Shown here: positions 29,501-44,100 of the stretch, piece by piece
Numbering within the stretch: the first letter of the stretch is position 1
Layout: the number at the start of each line of letters is the position of its first letter
DNA from: Eledone cirrhosa
Lineage: Eukaryota
Reading direction: 5' to 3'
DNA length: 64,000 nucleotides
Assembly (NCBI GenBank): GCA_964016885.1
Contig: OZ024740.1
Span: 27,652,001 to 27,716,000 of the forward strand
Program-made: the position numbers and the translations under genes
The notes under the pieces: model-generated
Database searches by the model: none
What the model saw: the letters and a program-made list of their open reading frames with translations, nothing else
Told to the model about the DNA's origin: nothing

Positions 29501-32500
29501 TTGTAATCAATATTACAGTTGGTAACATATTAGTAAGAGCAATACCTTGTGTCTATTGTAATCAATATTACAGTTGGTAACATATTAGTAATAGCAATAC
29601 CTTGTGTCTATTGTAATCAATATCACAGTTGGTAACATATTAGTAAGAGCAATACCTTGTGTCTAATGTAATCAATATTACAGTTGGTAACATATTAGTA
29701 AGAGCAATACCTTGCGTCTATTGTAATCAATATTACAGTTGGTAACATATTAGTAAGAGCAATACCTTGTGTCTATTGTAATCAATATTACATTTGGTAA
29801 CATATTAGTAAGAGCAATACCTTGTGTCTATTGTAATCAATATTACAGTTGGTAACATATTAGTAAGAGCAATACCTTGTGTCTATTGTAATCAATATTA
29901 CAGTTGGTAACATATTAGTAAGAGCAATACCTTGCGTCTATTGTAATCAATATTACAGTTGGTAACATATTAGTAAGAGCAATACCTTGTGTCTATTGTA
30001 ATCAATATTACATTTGGTAACATATTAGTAAGAGCAATACCTTGTGTCTATTGTAATCAATATTACAGTTGGTAACATATTAGTAAGAGCAATACCTTGT
30101 GTCTATTGTAATCAATATTACAGTTGGTAACATATTAGTAAGAGCAATACCTTGCGTCTATTGTAATCAATATTACAGTTGGTAACATATTAGTAATAGC
30201 AATACCTTGTGTCTATTGTAATCAATATCACAGTTGGTAACATATTAGTAAGATCAATACCTTGTGTCTAATGTAATCAATATTACAGTTGGTAACATAT
30301 TAGTAAGAGCAATACCTTGCGTCTATTGTAATCAATATTACAGTTGGTAACATATTAGTAAGAGCAATACCTTGTGTCTATTGTAATCAATATTACATTT
30401 GGTAACATATTAGTAAGAGCAATACCTTGTGTCTATTGTAATCAATATTACAGTTGGTAACATATTAGTAAGAGCAATACCTTGCGTCTATTGTAATCAA
30501 TATTACAGTTGGTAACATATTAGTAAGAGCAATACCTTGCGTCTATTGTAATCAATATTACAGTTGGTAACATATTAGTAAGAGCAATACCTTGTGTCTA
30601 TTGTAATCAATATTACAGTTGGTAACATATTAGTAAGAGCAATACCTTTTGTCTATTGTAATCAATATTACAGTTGGTAACATATTAGTAAGAGCAATAC
30701 CTTGCGTCTATTGTAATCAATATTACAGTTGGTAACATATTAGTAAGAGCAATACCTTGTGTCTATTGTAATCAATATTACAGTTGGTAACATATTAGTA
30801 AAAGCAATACCTTGTGTCTATTGTAATCAATATCACAGTTAGTAACATATTAGTAAAAGCAATACCTTGTGTCTATTGTAATCAATATTACAGGCGGTAA
30901 CATATTAGTAAAAGCAATACCTTGTGTCTATTGTAATCAATATCACAGTTGGTAACATATAAGTAAGAGCAATACTTTGTGTCTATTGTAATCAATATTA
31001 CAGTTGGTAACATATTAGTAAGAGCAATACCTTGTGTCTATTGTAATCAATATTACAGTTGGTAACATATTAGTAAGAGCAATACCTTGTGTCTATTGTA
31101 ATCAATATTACAGTTGGTAACATATTAGTAAGAGCAATACCTTGTGTCTATTGTAATCAATATTACAGTTGGTAACATATTAGTAAGAACAATACCTCGT
31201 GTCTATTGTAATCAATATTACATTTGGTAACATATTAGTAAGAACAATACCTTGTGTCTATTGTAATCAATATTACAGTTGGTAACATATTAGTAAAAGC
31301 AATACCTTGTGTCTATTGTAATCAATATTACAGTTGGTAACATATTAGTAAGAGCAATATCTTGTGTCTATTGTAATCAATATTACAGTTGGTAACATAT
31401 TAGTAAGAACAATACCTCGTGTCTATTGTAATCAATATTACAGTTGGTAACATATTAGTAAGAACAATACCTTGTGTCTATTGTAATCAATATTACAGTT
31501 GGTAACATATTAGTAAGAGCAATACCTTGTGTCTATTGTAATCAATATTACAGTTGGTAACATATTAGTAAGAGCAATACCTTGTGTCTATTGTAATCAA
31601 TATTACAGTTGGTAACATATTAGTAAGAGCAATACCTCGTGTCTAATGTAATCAATATCACAGTTGGTAACATATTAGTAAGAGCAATACCTCCTTGTGT
31701 CTATGGTAATCAATATTAAGGTTGGTAACATATTAGTAAGAGCAATACCTTGTGTCTATTGTAATCAATATTACAGTTGGTAACACATTAGTAAGAGCAA
31801 TACCTCGTGTCTATTGTAATCAATATTACAGTTGGTAACATATTAGTAAGAGCAATACCTGATGTCTATTGTAATCAATATTACAGGTGGTAGCATATTA
31901 GTAAAAGCAATAACTTGTGTCTATTGTAATCAATTTCACAGTTGGTAACATATTAGTAAGAGCAATACCTTGTGTCTATTGTAATCAATATTACAGGTGG
32001 TAGCATATTAGTAAAAGCAATACCTTGTGTCTATTGTAATCAATATTACAGTTGGTAACATATTAGTAAGAGCAATACCTTGTGTCTATTGTAATCAATA
32101 TTACAGTTGGTAACATATTAGTAAGAGCAATACTTTGTGTCTATTGTAATCAATATTACAGTTGGTAACATATTAGTAAAAGCAATACCTTGTGTCTGAT
32201 GTAATCAATATTACAGTTGGTAACATATTAGTAAGAGCAATACCTTGTGTCTATTGTAATCAATATTACAGTTGGTAACATATTAGTAAGAGCAATACCT
32301 TGTGTCTAATGTAATCAATATTACAGTTGGTAACATATTAGTAAGAGCAATACCTTGTGTCTATTGTAATCAATATTTCAGTTGGTAACATATTAGTAAG
32401 AACAATACCTCGTGTCTATTGTAATCAATATTACATTTGGTAACATATTAGTAAGAACAATACCTTGTGTCTATTGTAATCAATATTACAGTTGGTAACA

Positions 32501-35500
32501 TATTAGTAAGAGCAATACCTTGTGTCTATTGTAATCAATATTACAGTTGGTAACATATTAGTAAGAGCAATATCTTGTGTCTATTGTAATCAATATTACA
32601 GTTGGTAACATATTAGTAAGAACAATACCTCGTGTCTATTGTAATCAATATTACAGTTGGTAACATATTAGTAAGAACAATACCTTGTGTCTATTGTAAT
32701 CAATATTACAGTTGGTAACATATTAGTAAGAGCAATACCTTATGTCTATTGTAATCAATATTACAGGTGGTAGCATATTAGTAAAAGCAATACCTTGTGT
32801 CTATTGTAATCAATTTCACAGTTGGTAACATATTAGTAAGAGCAATACCTTGTGTCTATTGTAATCAATATTACAGGTGGTAGCATATTAATAAAAGCAA
32901 TACCTCGTGTCTATTGTAATGAATATTACAGTTGGTAACATATTAGTAAGAGCAATACCTTGTGTCTATTGTAATCAATATTACAGTTGGTAACATATTA
33001 GTAAGAGCAATACTTTGTGTCTATTGTAATCAATATTACAGTTGGTAACATATTAGTAAAAGCAATACCTTGTATCTATTGTAATCAATATTACAGTTGG
33101 TAACATATTAGTAAGAGCAATACCTTGTGTCTAATGTAATCAATATTACAGTTGGTAACATATTAGTAAGAGCAATACCTTGCGTCTATTGTAATCAATA
33201 TTACAGTTGGTAACATATTAGTAAGAGCAATACCTTGTGTCTATTGTAATCAATATTACAGTTGGTAACATATTAGTAAGAGCAATACCTTGTGTCTATT
33301 GTAATCAATATTACAGTTGGTAACATATTAGTAAGAGCAATACCTTGTGTCTATTGTAATCAATATTACAGTTGGTAACATATTAGTAAGAGCAATACCT
33401 TGCGTCTATTGTAATCAATATTACAGTTGGTAATATATTAGTAAGAGCAATACCTTGTGTCAATTGTAATCAATATTACAGTTGGTAACATATTAGTAAG
33501 AGCAATACCTTGTGTCTATTGTAATCAATATTACAGTTGGTAACATATTAGTAAGAGCAATACCTTGTGTCTATTGTAATCAATATTACAGTTGGTAACA
33601 TATTAGTAAGAGCAATACCTTGCGTCTATTGTAATCAATATTACAGTTGGTAACATATTAGTAAGAGCAATACCTTGTGTCTATTGTAATCAACATTACA
33701 GTTGGTAACATATTAATAAAAGCAATACCTTGTGTCTATTGTAATCAATATCACAGTTGGTAAAATATTAGTAAGAGCAATACCTTGTGTCTATTGTAAT
33801 CAATATTACAGGTGGTAGCATATTAGTAAAAGCAATACCTTGTGTCTATTGTAATCAATATCACAGTTGGTAACATATTAGTAAGAGCAATACCTTGTGT
33901 CTATTGTAATCAATATTACAGTTGGTAACATATTAGTAAGAGCAATACTTTGTGTCTATTGTAATCAATATTACAGTTGGTAACATATTAGTAAGAGCAA
34001 TGCCTTGTGTCTATTGTAATCAATATCACAGTTGGTAACATATTAGTAAGAGCAATACCTTGTGTCTATTGTTATCAATATCACAGTTGGTAACATATTA
34101 GTAAGAGCAATACCTTGTGTCTATTGTAATCAATATTACAGTTGGTAACATATTAGTAAAAGCAATACCTTGTGTCTAATGTAATCAATATTACAGTTGG
34201 TAACATATTAGTAAGAGCAATACCTTGTGTCTATTGTAATCAATATTACAGTTGGTAACATATTAGTAAGAGCAATACCTTGTGTCTAATGTAATCAATA
34301 TTACAGTTGGTAACATATTAGTAAGAGCAATACCTTGTGTCTATTGTAATCAATATTACAGTTGGTAACATATTAGTAAGAACAATACCTCGTGTCTATT
34401 GTAATCAATATTACATTTGGTAACATATTAGTAAGAACAATACCTTGTGTCTATTGTAATCAATATTACAGTTGGTAACATATTAGTAAGAGCAATACCT
34501 TGTGTCTATTGTAATCAATATTACAGTTGGTAACATATTAGTAAGAGCAATATCTTGTGTCTATTGTAATCAATATTACAGTTGGTAACATATTAGTAAG
34601 AACAATACCTCGTGTCTATTGTAATCAATATTACAGTTGGTAACATATTAGTAAGAACAAAACCTTGTGTCTATTGTAATCAATATTACAGTTGGTAACA
34701 TATTAGTAAGAGCAATACCTTGTGTCTATTGTAATCAATATTACAGTTGGTAACATATTAGTAGGAGCAATACCTTGTGTCTATTGTAATCAATATTACA
34801 GTTAGTAACATATTAGTAAGAGCAATACCTCGTGTCTAATGTAATCAATATCACAGTTGGTAACATATTAGTAAGAGCAATACCTCCTTGTGTCTATGGT
34901 AATCAATATTAAGGTTGGTAACATATTAGTAAGAGCAATACCTTGTGTCTATTGTAATCAATATTACAGTTGGTAACATATTAGTAAGAGCAATACCTTG
35001 TGTCTATTGTAATCAATATTACAGTTGGTAACATATTAGTAAAAGCAATACCTTGTGTCTATTGTAATCAATATTACAGTTGGTAACATATTAGTAAGAG
35101 CAATACCTTGTGTCTAATGTAATCAATATTACAGTTGGTAACATATTAGTAAGAGCAATACCTTGTGTCTATTGTAATCAATATTACAGTTGGTAACATA
35201 TTAGTAAGAACAATACCTTGTGTCTATTGTAATCAATATTACAGTTGGTAACATATTAGTAAGAGCAATACCTCGTGTCTATTGTTATCAATATTACAGT
35301 TGGTAACATATTAGTAAGAGCAATACCTTGTGTCTATTGTAATCAATATTACAGTTGGTAACATATTAGTAAGAGCAATACCTTGCGTCTATTGTAATCA
35401 ATATTACAGTTGGTAATATATTAGTAAGAGCAATACCTTGTGTCAATTGTAATCAATATTACAGTTGGTAACATATTAGTAAGAGCAATACCTTGTGTCT

Positions 35501-38100
35501 ATTGTAATCAATATTACAGTTGGTAACATATTAGTAAGAGCAATACCTTGTGTCTATTGTAATCAATATTACAGTTGGTAACATATTAGTAAGAGCAATA
35601 CCTTGCGTCTATTGTAATCAATATTACAGTTGGTAACATATTAGTAAGAGCAATACCTTGTGTCTATTGTAATCAATATTACAGTTGGTAACATATTAGT
35701 AAGAGCAATACCTTGTGTCTATTGTAATCAATATTACAGTTGGTAACATATTAGTAAGAGCAATACCTTGTGTCTATTGTAATCAATATTACAGTTGGTA
35801 ACATATTAGTAAGAGCAATACCTTGCGTCTATTGTAATCAATATTACAGTTGGTAACATATTAGTAAGAGCAATACCTTGTGTCTATTGTAATCAATATT
35901 ACATTTGGTAACATATTAGTAAGAGCAATACCTTGTGTCTATTGTAATCAATATTACAGTTGGTAACATATTAGTAAGAGCAATACCTTGTGTCTATTGT
36001 AATCAATATTACAGTTGGTAACATATTAGTAAGAGCAATACCTTGCGTCTATTGTAATCAATATTACAGTTGGTAACATATTAGTAATAGCAATACCTTG
36101 TGTCTATTGTAATCAATATCACAGTTGGTAACATATTAGTAAGAGCAATACCTTGTGTCTAATGTAATCAATATTACAGTTGGTAACATATTAGTAAGAG
36201 CAATACCTTGCGTCTATTGTAATCAATATTACAGTTGGTAACATATTAGTAAGAGCAATACCTTGTGTCTATTGTAATCAATATTACATTTGGTAACATA
36301 TTAGTAAGAGCAATACCTTGTGTCTATTGTAATCAATATTACAGTTGGTAACATATTAGTAAGAGCAATACCTTGCGTCTATTGTAATCAATATTACAGT
36401 TGGTAACATATTAGTAAGAGCAATACCTTGCGTCTATTGTAATCAATATTACAGTTGGTAACATATTAGTAAGAGCAATACCTTGTGTCTATTGTAATCA
36501 ATATTACAGTTGGTAACATATTAGTAAGAGCAATACCTTTTGTCTATTGTAATCAATATTACAGTTGGTAACATATTAGTAAGAGCAATACCTTGCGTCT
36601 ATTGTAATCAATATTACAGTTGGTAACATATTAGTAAGAGCAATACCTTGTGTCTATTGTAATCAATATTACAGTTGGTAACATATTAGTAAAAGCAATA
36701 CCTTGTGTCTATTGTAATCAATATCACAGTTAGTAACATATTAGTAAAAGCAATACCTTGTGTCTATTGTAATCAATATTACAGGCGGTAACATATTAGT
36801 AAAAGCAATACCTTGTGTCTATTGTAATCAATATCACAGTTGGTAACATATAAGTAAGAGCAATACCTTGTGTCTATTGTAATCAATATTACAGTTGGTA
36901 ACATATTAGTAAGAGCAATACCTTGTGTCTATTGTAATCAATATTACAGTTGGTAACATATTAGTAAGAGCAATACCTTGTGTCTATTGTAATCAATATT
37001 ACAGTTGGTAACATATTAGTAAGAGCAATACCTTGTGTCTATTGTAATCAATATTACAGTTGGTAACATATTAGTAAGAACAATACCTCGTGTCTATTGT
37101 AATCAATATTACATTTGGTAACATATTAGTAAGAACAATACCTTGTGTCTATTGTAATCAATATTACAGTTGGTAACATATTAGTAAAAGCAATACCTTG
37201 TGTCTATTGTAATCAATATTACAGTTGGTAACATATTAGTAAGAGCAATATCTTGTGTCTATTGTAATCAATATTACAGTTGGTAACATATTAGTAAGAA
37301 CAATACCTCGTGTCTATTGTAATCAATATTACAGTTGGTAACATATTAGTAAGAACAATACCTTGTGTCTATTGTAATCAATATTACAGTTGGTAACATA
37401 TTAGTAAGAGCAATACCTTGTGTCTATTGTAATCAATATTACAGTTGGTAACATATTAGTAAGAGCAATACCTTGTGTCTATTGTAATCAATATTACAGT
37501 TGGTAACATATTAGTAAGAGCAATACCTCGTGTCTAATGTAATCAATATCACAGTTGGTAACATATTAGTAAGAGCAATACCTCCTTGTGTCTATGGTAA
37601 TCAATATTAAGGTTGGTAACATATTAGTAAGAGCAATACCTTGTGTCTATTGTAATCAATATTACAGTTGGTAACACATTAGTAAGAGCAATACCTCGTG
37701 TCTATTGTAATCAATATTACAGTTGGTAACATATTAGTAAGAGCAATACCTGATGTCTATTGTAATCAATATTACAGGTGGTAGCATATTAGTAAAAGCA
37801 ATAACTTGTGTCTATTGTAATCAATTTCACAGTTGGTAACATATTAGTAAGAGCAATACCTTGTGTCTATTGTAATCAATATTACAGGTGGTAGCATATT
37901 AGTAAAAGCAATACCTTGTGTCTATTGTAATCAATATTACAGTTGGTAACATATTAGTAAGAGCAATACCTTGTGTCTATTGTAATCAATATTACAGTTG
38001 GTAACATATTAGTAAGAGCAATACTTTGTGTCTATTGTAATCAATATTACAGTTGGTAACATATTAGTAAAAGCAATACCTTGTGTCTATTGTAATCAAT
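25050..38100. repeat. Large duplication (about 7.1 kb unit) with later internal copy-number change
   Basis: gtctgatg 25097/32198 and caacattac 26593/33694 (offset 7101). acaaaacc 27505/34661 and variant B 27727/34883 (7156). gttagtaac 30841/36732 and variant B 31690/37581 (5891). Confidence 0.82.
28500..30590. repeat. Tandem duplication of 19 monomers (1045 bp)
   Basis: gtaatagc at 28547/29592 and 29152/30197, and acatttgg at 28748/29793, 28968/30013 and 29353/30398, are all offset by 1045 bp. Confidence 0.88.
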
Positions 38101-41100
38101 ATTACAGTTGGTAACATATTAGTAAGAGCAATACCTTGTGTCTATTGTAATCAATATTACAGTTGGTAACATATTAGTAAGAGCAATACCTCATCTAATG
38201 TAATCAATATTACAGTTGGTAACATATTAGTAAGAGCAATACAGTGTGTCTATTGTAATCAATATTACAGTTGGTAACATATTAGTAAGAACAATACCTC
38301 GTGTCTATTGTAATCAATATTACAGTTGGTAACATATTAGTAAGAGCAATACCTTGTGTCTATTGTAATCAATATTACAGTTGGTAACATATTAGTAAGA
38401 GCAATACTTTGTGTCTATTGTAATCAATATTACAGTTGGTAACATATTAGGAAGAGCAATGCCTTGTGTCTATTGTAATCAATATCACAGTTGGTAACAT
38501 ATTAGTAAGAGCAATACCTCGTGTCTATTGTTATCAATATTACAGTTGGTAACATATTAGTAAAAGCAATACCTTGTGTCTAATGTAATCAATATTACAG
38601 TTGGTAACATATTAGTAAGAGCAATACCTTGTGTCTATTGTAATCAATATTACAGTTGGTAACATATTAGTAAGAGCAATACCTTGTGTCTAATGTAATC
38701 AATATTACAGTTGGTAACATATTAGTAAGAGCAATACCTTGTGTCTATTGTAATCAATATTTCAGTTGGTAACATATTAGTAAGAACAATACCTCGTGTC
38801 TATTGTAATCAATATTACATTTGGTAACATATTAGTAAGAACAATACCTTGTGTCTATTGTAATCAATATTACAGTTGGTAACATATTAGTAAGAGCAAT
38901 ACCTTGTGTCTATTGTAATCAATATTACAGTTGGTAACATATTAGTAAGAGCAATATCTTGTGTCTATTGTAATCAATATTACAGTTGGTAACATATTAG
39001 TAAGAACAATACCTCGTGTCTATTGTAATCAATATTACAGTTGGTAACATATTAGTAAGAACAATACCTTGTGTCTATTGTAATCAATATTACAGTTGGT
39101 AACATATTAGTAAGAGCAATACCTTATGTCTATTGTAATCAATATTACAGGTGGTAGCATATTAGTAAAAGCAATACCTTGTGTCTATTGTAATCAATTT
39201 CACAGTTGGTAACATATTAGTAAGAGCAATACCTTGTGTCTATTGTAATCAATATTACAGGTGGTAGCATATTAGTAAAAGCAATACCTTGTGTCTATTG
39301 TAATGAATATTACAGTTGGTAACATATTAGTAAGAGCAATACCTTGTGTCTATTGTAATCAATATTACAGTTGGTAACATATTAGTAAGAGCAATACTTT
39401 GTGTCTATTGTAATCAATATTACAGTTGGTAACATATTAGTAAAAGCAATACCTTGTGTCTATTGTAATCAATATTACAGTTGGTAACATATTAGTAAGA
39501 GCAATACCTTGTGTCTAATGTAATCAATATTACAGTTGGTAACATATTAGTAAGAGCAATACCTTGCGTCTATTGTAATCAATATTACAGTTGGTAACAT
39601 ATTAGTAAGAGCAATACCTTGTGTCTATTGTAATCAATATTACAGTTGGTAACATATTAGTAAGAGCAATACCTTGTGTCTATTGTAATCAATATTACAG
39701 TTGGTAACATATTAGTAAGAGCAATACCTTGTGTCTATTGTAATCAATATTACAGTTGGTAACATATTAGTAAGAGCAATACCTTGCGTCTATTGTATTC
39801 AATATTACAGTTGGTAATATATTAGTAAGAGCAATACCTTGTGTCAATTGTAATCAATATTACAGTTGGTAACATATTAGTAAGAGCAATACCTTGTGTC
39901 TATTGTAATCAATATTACAGTTGGTAACATATTAGTAAGAGCAATACCTTGTGTCTATTGTAATCAATATTACAGTTGGTAACATATTAGTAAGAGCAAT
40001 ACCTTGCGTCTATTGTAATCAATAGTACAGTTGGTAACATATTAGTAAGAGCAATACCTTGTGTCTATTGTAATCAATATTACAGTTGGTAACATATTAA
40101 TAAAAGCAATACCTTGTGTCTATTGTAATCAATATCACAGTTGGTAAAATATTAGTAAGAGCAATACCTTGTGTCCATTGTAATCAATATTACAGGTGGT
40201 AGCATATTAGTAAAAGCAATACCTTGTGTCTATTGTAATCAATATCACAGTTGGTAACATATTAGTAAGAGCAATACCTTGTGTCTATTGTAATCAATAT
40301 TACAGTTGGTAACATATTAGTAAGAGCAATACTTTGTGTCTATTGTAATCAATATTACAGTTGGTAACATATTAGTAAGAGCGATGCCTTGTGTCTATTG
40401 TAATCAATATCACAGTTGGTAACATATTAGTAAGAGCAATACCTTGTGTCTATTGTTATCAATATCACAGTTGGTAACATATTAGTAAGAGCAATACCTT
40501 GTGTCTATTGTAATCAATATTACAGTTGGTAACATATTAGTAAAAGCAATACCTTGTGTCTAATGTAATCAATATTACAGTTGGTAACATATTAGTAAGA
40601 GCAATACCTTGTGTCTATTGTAATCAATATTACAGTTGGTAACATATTAGTAAGAGCAATACCTTGTGTCTAATGTAATCAATATTACAGTTGGTAACAT
40701 ATTAGTAAGAGCAATACCTTGTGTCTATTGTAATCAATATTACAGTTGGTAACATATTAGTAAGAACAATACCTCGTGTCTATTGTAATCAATATTACAT
40801 TTGGTAACATATTAGTAAGAACAATACCTTGTGTCTATTGTAATCAATATTACAGTTGGTAACATATTAGTAAGAGCAATACCTTGTGTCTATTGTAATC
40901 AATATTACAGTTGGTAACATATTAGTAAGAGCAATATCTTGTGTCTATTGTAATCAATATTACAGTTGGTAACATATTAGTAAGAACAATACCTCGTGTC
41001 TATTGTAATCAATATTACAGTTGGTAACATATTAGGAAGAACAATACCTTGTGTCTATTGTAATCAATATTACAGTTGGTAACATATTAGTAAGAGCAAT

Positions 41101-44100
41101 ACCTTGTGTCTATTGTAATCAATATTACAGTTGGTAACATATTAGTAAGAGCAATACCTTGTGTCTATTGTAATCAATATTACAGTTGGTAACATATTAG
41201 TAAGAGCAATACCTCGTGTCTAATGTAATCAATATCACAGTTGGTAACATATTAGTAAGAGCAATACCTCCTTGTGTCTATGGTAATCAATATTAAGGTT
41301 GGTAACATATTAGTAAGAGCAATACCTTGTGTCTATTGTAATCAATATTACAGTTGGTAACATATTAGTAAGAGCAATACCTTGTGTCTATTGTAATCAA
41401 TATTACAGTTGGTAACATATTAGTAAAAGCAATACCTTGTGTCTATTGTAATCAATATTACAGTTGGTAACATATTAGTAAGAGCAATACCTTGTGTCTA
41501 ATGTAATCAATATTACAGTTGGTAACATATTAGTAAGAGCAATACCTTGCGTTTATTGTAATCAATATTACAGTTGGTAACATATTAGTAAGAGCAATAC
41601 CTTGTGTCTATTGTAATCAATATTACAGTTGGTAACATATTAGTAAGAGCAATACCTTGTGTCTATTGTAATCAATATTACAGTTGGTAACATATTAGTA
41701 AGAGCAATACCTTGCGTCTATTGTAATCAATATTACAGTTGGTAATATATTAGTAAGAGCAATACATTGTGTCAATTGTAATCAATATTACAGTTGGTAA
41801 CATATTAGTAAGAGCAATACCTTGTGTCAATTGTAATCAATATTACAGTTGGTAACATATTAGTAAGAGCAATACCTTGTGTCTATTGTAATCAATATTA
41901 CAGTTGGTAACATATTAGTAAGAGCAATACCTTGCGTCTATTGTAATCAATATTACAGTTGGTAATATATTAGTAAGAGCAATACATTGTGTCAATTGTA
42001 ATCAATATTACAGTTGGTAACATATTAGTAAGAGCAATACCTTGTGTCAATTGTAATCAATATTACAGTTGGTAACATATTAGTAAGAGCAATACCTTGT
42101 GTCTATTGTAATGAATATTACAGTTGGTAACATATTAGTAAGAGCAATACCTTGTGTCTATTGTAATCAATATTACAGTTGGTAACATATTAGTAAGAGC
42201 AATACTTTGTGTCTATTGTAATCAATATTACAGTTGGTAACATATTAGTAAAAGCAATACCTTGTGTCTATTGTAATCAATATTACAGTTGGTAACATAT
42301 TAGTAAGAGCAATACCTTGTGTCTAATGTAATCAATATTACAGTTGGTAACATATTAGTAAGAGCAATACCTTGCGTCTATTGTAATCAATATTACAGTT
42401 GGTAACATATTAGTAAGAGCAATACCTTGTGTCTATTGTAATCAATATTACAGTTGGTAACATATTAGTGAGAGCAATACCTTGTGTCTATTGTAATCAA
42501 TATTACAGTTGGTAACATATTAGTAAGAGCAATACCTTGTGTCTATTGTAATCAATATTACAGTTGGTAACATATTAGTAAGAGCAATACCTTGCGTCTA
42601 TTGTAATCAATATTACAGTTGGTAATATATTAGTAAGAGCAATACCTTGTGTCAATTGTAATCAATATTACAGTTGGTAACATATTAGTAAGAGCAATAC
42701 CTTGTGTCTATTGTAATCAATATTACAGTTGGTAACATATTAGTAAGAGCAATACCTTGTGTCTATTGTAATCAATATTACAGTTGGTAACATATTAGTA
42801 AGAGCAATACCTTGCGTCTATTGTAATCAATAGTACAGTTGGTAACATATTAGTAAGAGCAATACCTTGTGTCTATTGTAATCAATATTACAGTTGGTAA
42901 CATATTAATAAAAGCAATACCTTGTGTCTATTGTAATCAATATCACAGTTGGTAAAATATTAGTAAGAGCAATACCTTGTGTCTATTGTAATCAATATTA
43001 CAGGTGGTAGCATATTAGTAAAAGCAATACCTTGTGTCTATTGTAATCAATATCACAGTTGGTAACATATTAGTAAGAGCAATACCTTGTGTCTATTGTA
43101 ATCAATATTACAGTTGGTAACATATTAGTAAGAGCAATACTTTGTGTCTATTGTAATCAATATTACAGTTGGTAACATATTAGTAAGAGCGATGCCTTGT
43201 GTCTATTGTAATCAATATCACAGTTGGTAACATATTAGTAAGAGCAATACCTTGTGTCTATTGTTATCAATATCACAGTTGGTAACATATTAGTAAGAGC
43301 AATACCTTGTGTCTATTGTAATCAATATTACAGTTGGTAACATATTAGTAAAAGCAATACCTTGTGTCTAATGTAATCAATATTACAGTTGGTAACATAT
43401 TAGTAAGAGCAATATCTTGTGTCTATTGTAATCAATATTACAGTTGGTAACATATTAGTAAGAACAATACCTCGTGTCTATTGTAATCAATATTACAGTT
43501 GGTAACATATTAGTAAGAACAATACCTTGTGTCTATTGTAATCAATATTACAGTTGGTAACATATTAGTAAGAGCAATACCTTGTGTCTATTGTAATCAA
43601 TATTACAGTTGGTAACATATTAGTAAGAGCAATACCTTGTGTCTATTGTAATCAATATTACAGTTGGTAACATATTAGTAAGAGCAATACCTCGTGTCTA
43701 ATGTAATCAATATCACAGTTGGTAACATATTAGTAAGAGCAATACCTCCTTGTGTCTATGGTAATCAATATTAAGGTTGGTAACATATTAGTAAGAGCAA
43801 TACCTTGTGTCTATTGTAATCAATATTACAGTTGGTAACACATTAGTAAGAGCAATACCTCGTGTCTATTGTAATCAATATTACAGTTGGTAACATATTA
43901 GTAAGAGCAATACCTGATGTCTATTGTAATCAATATTACAGGTGGTAGCATATTAGTAAAAGCAATAACTTGTGTCTATTGTAATCAATTTCACAGTTGG
44001 TAACATATTAGTAAGAGCAATACCTTGTGTCTATTGTAATCAATATTACAGGTGGTAGCATATTAGTAAAAGCAATACCTTGTGTCTATTGTAATCAATA

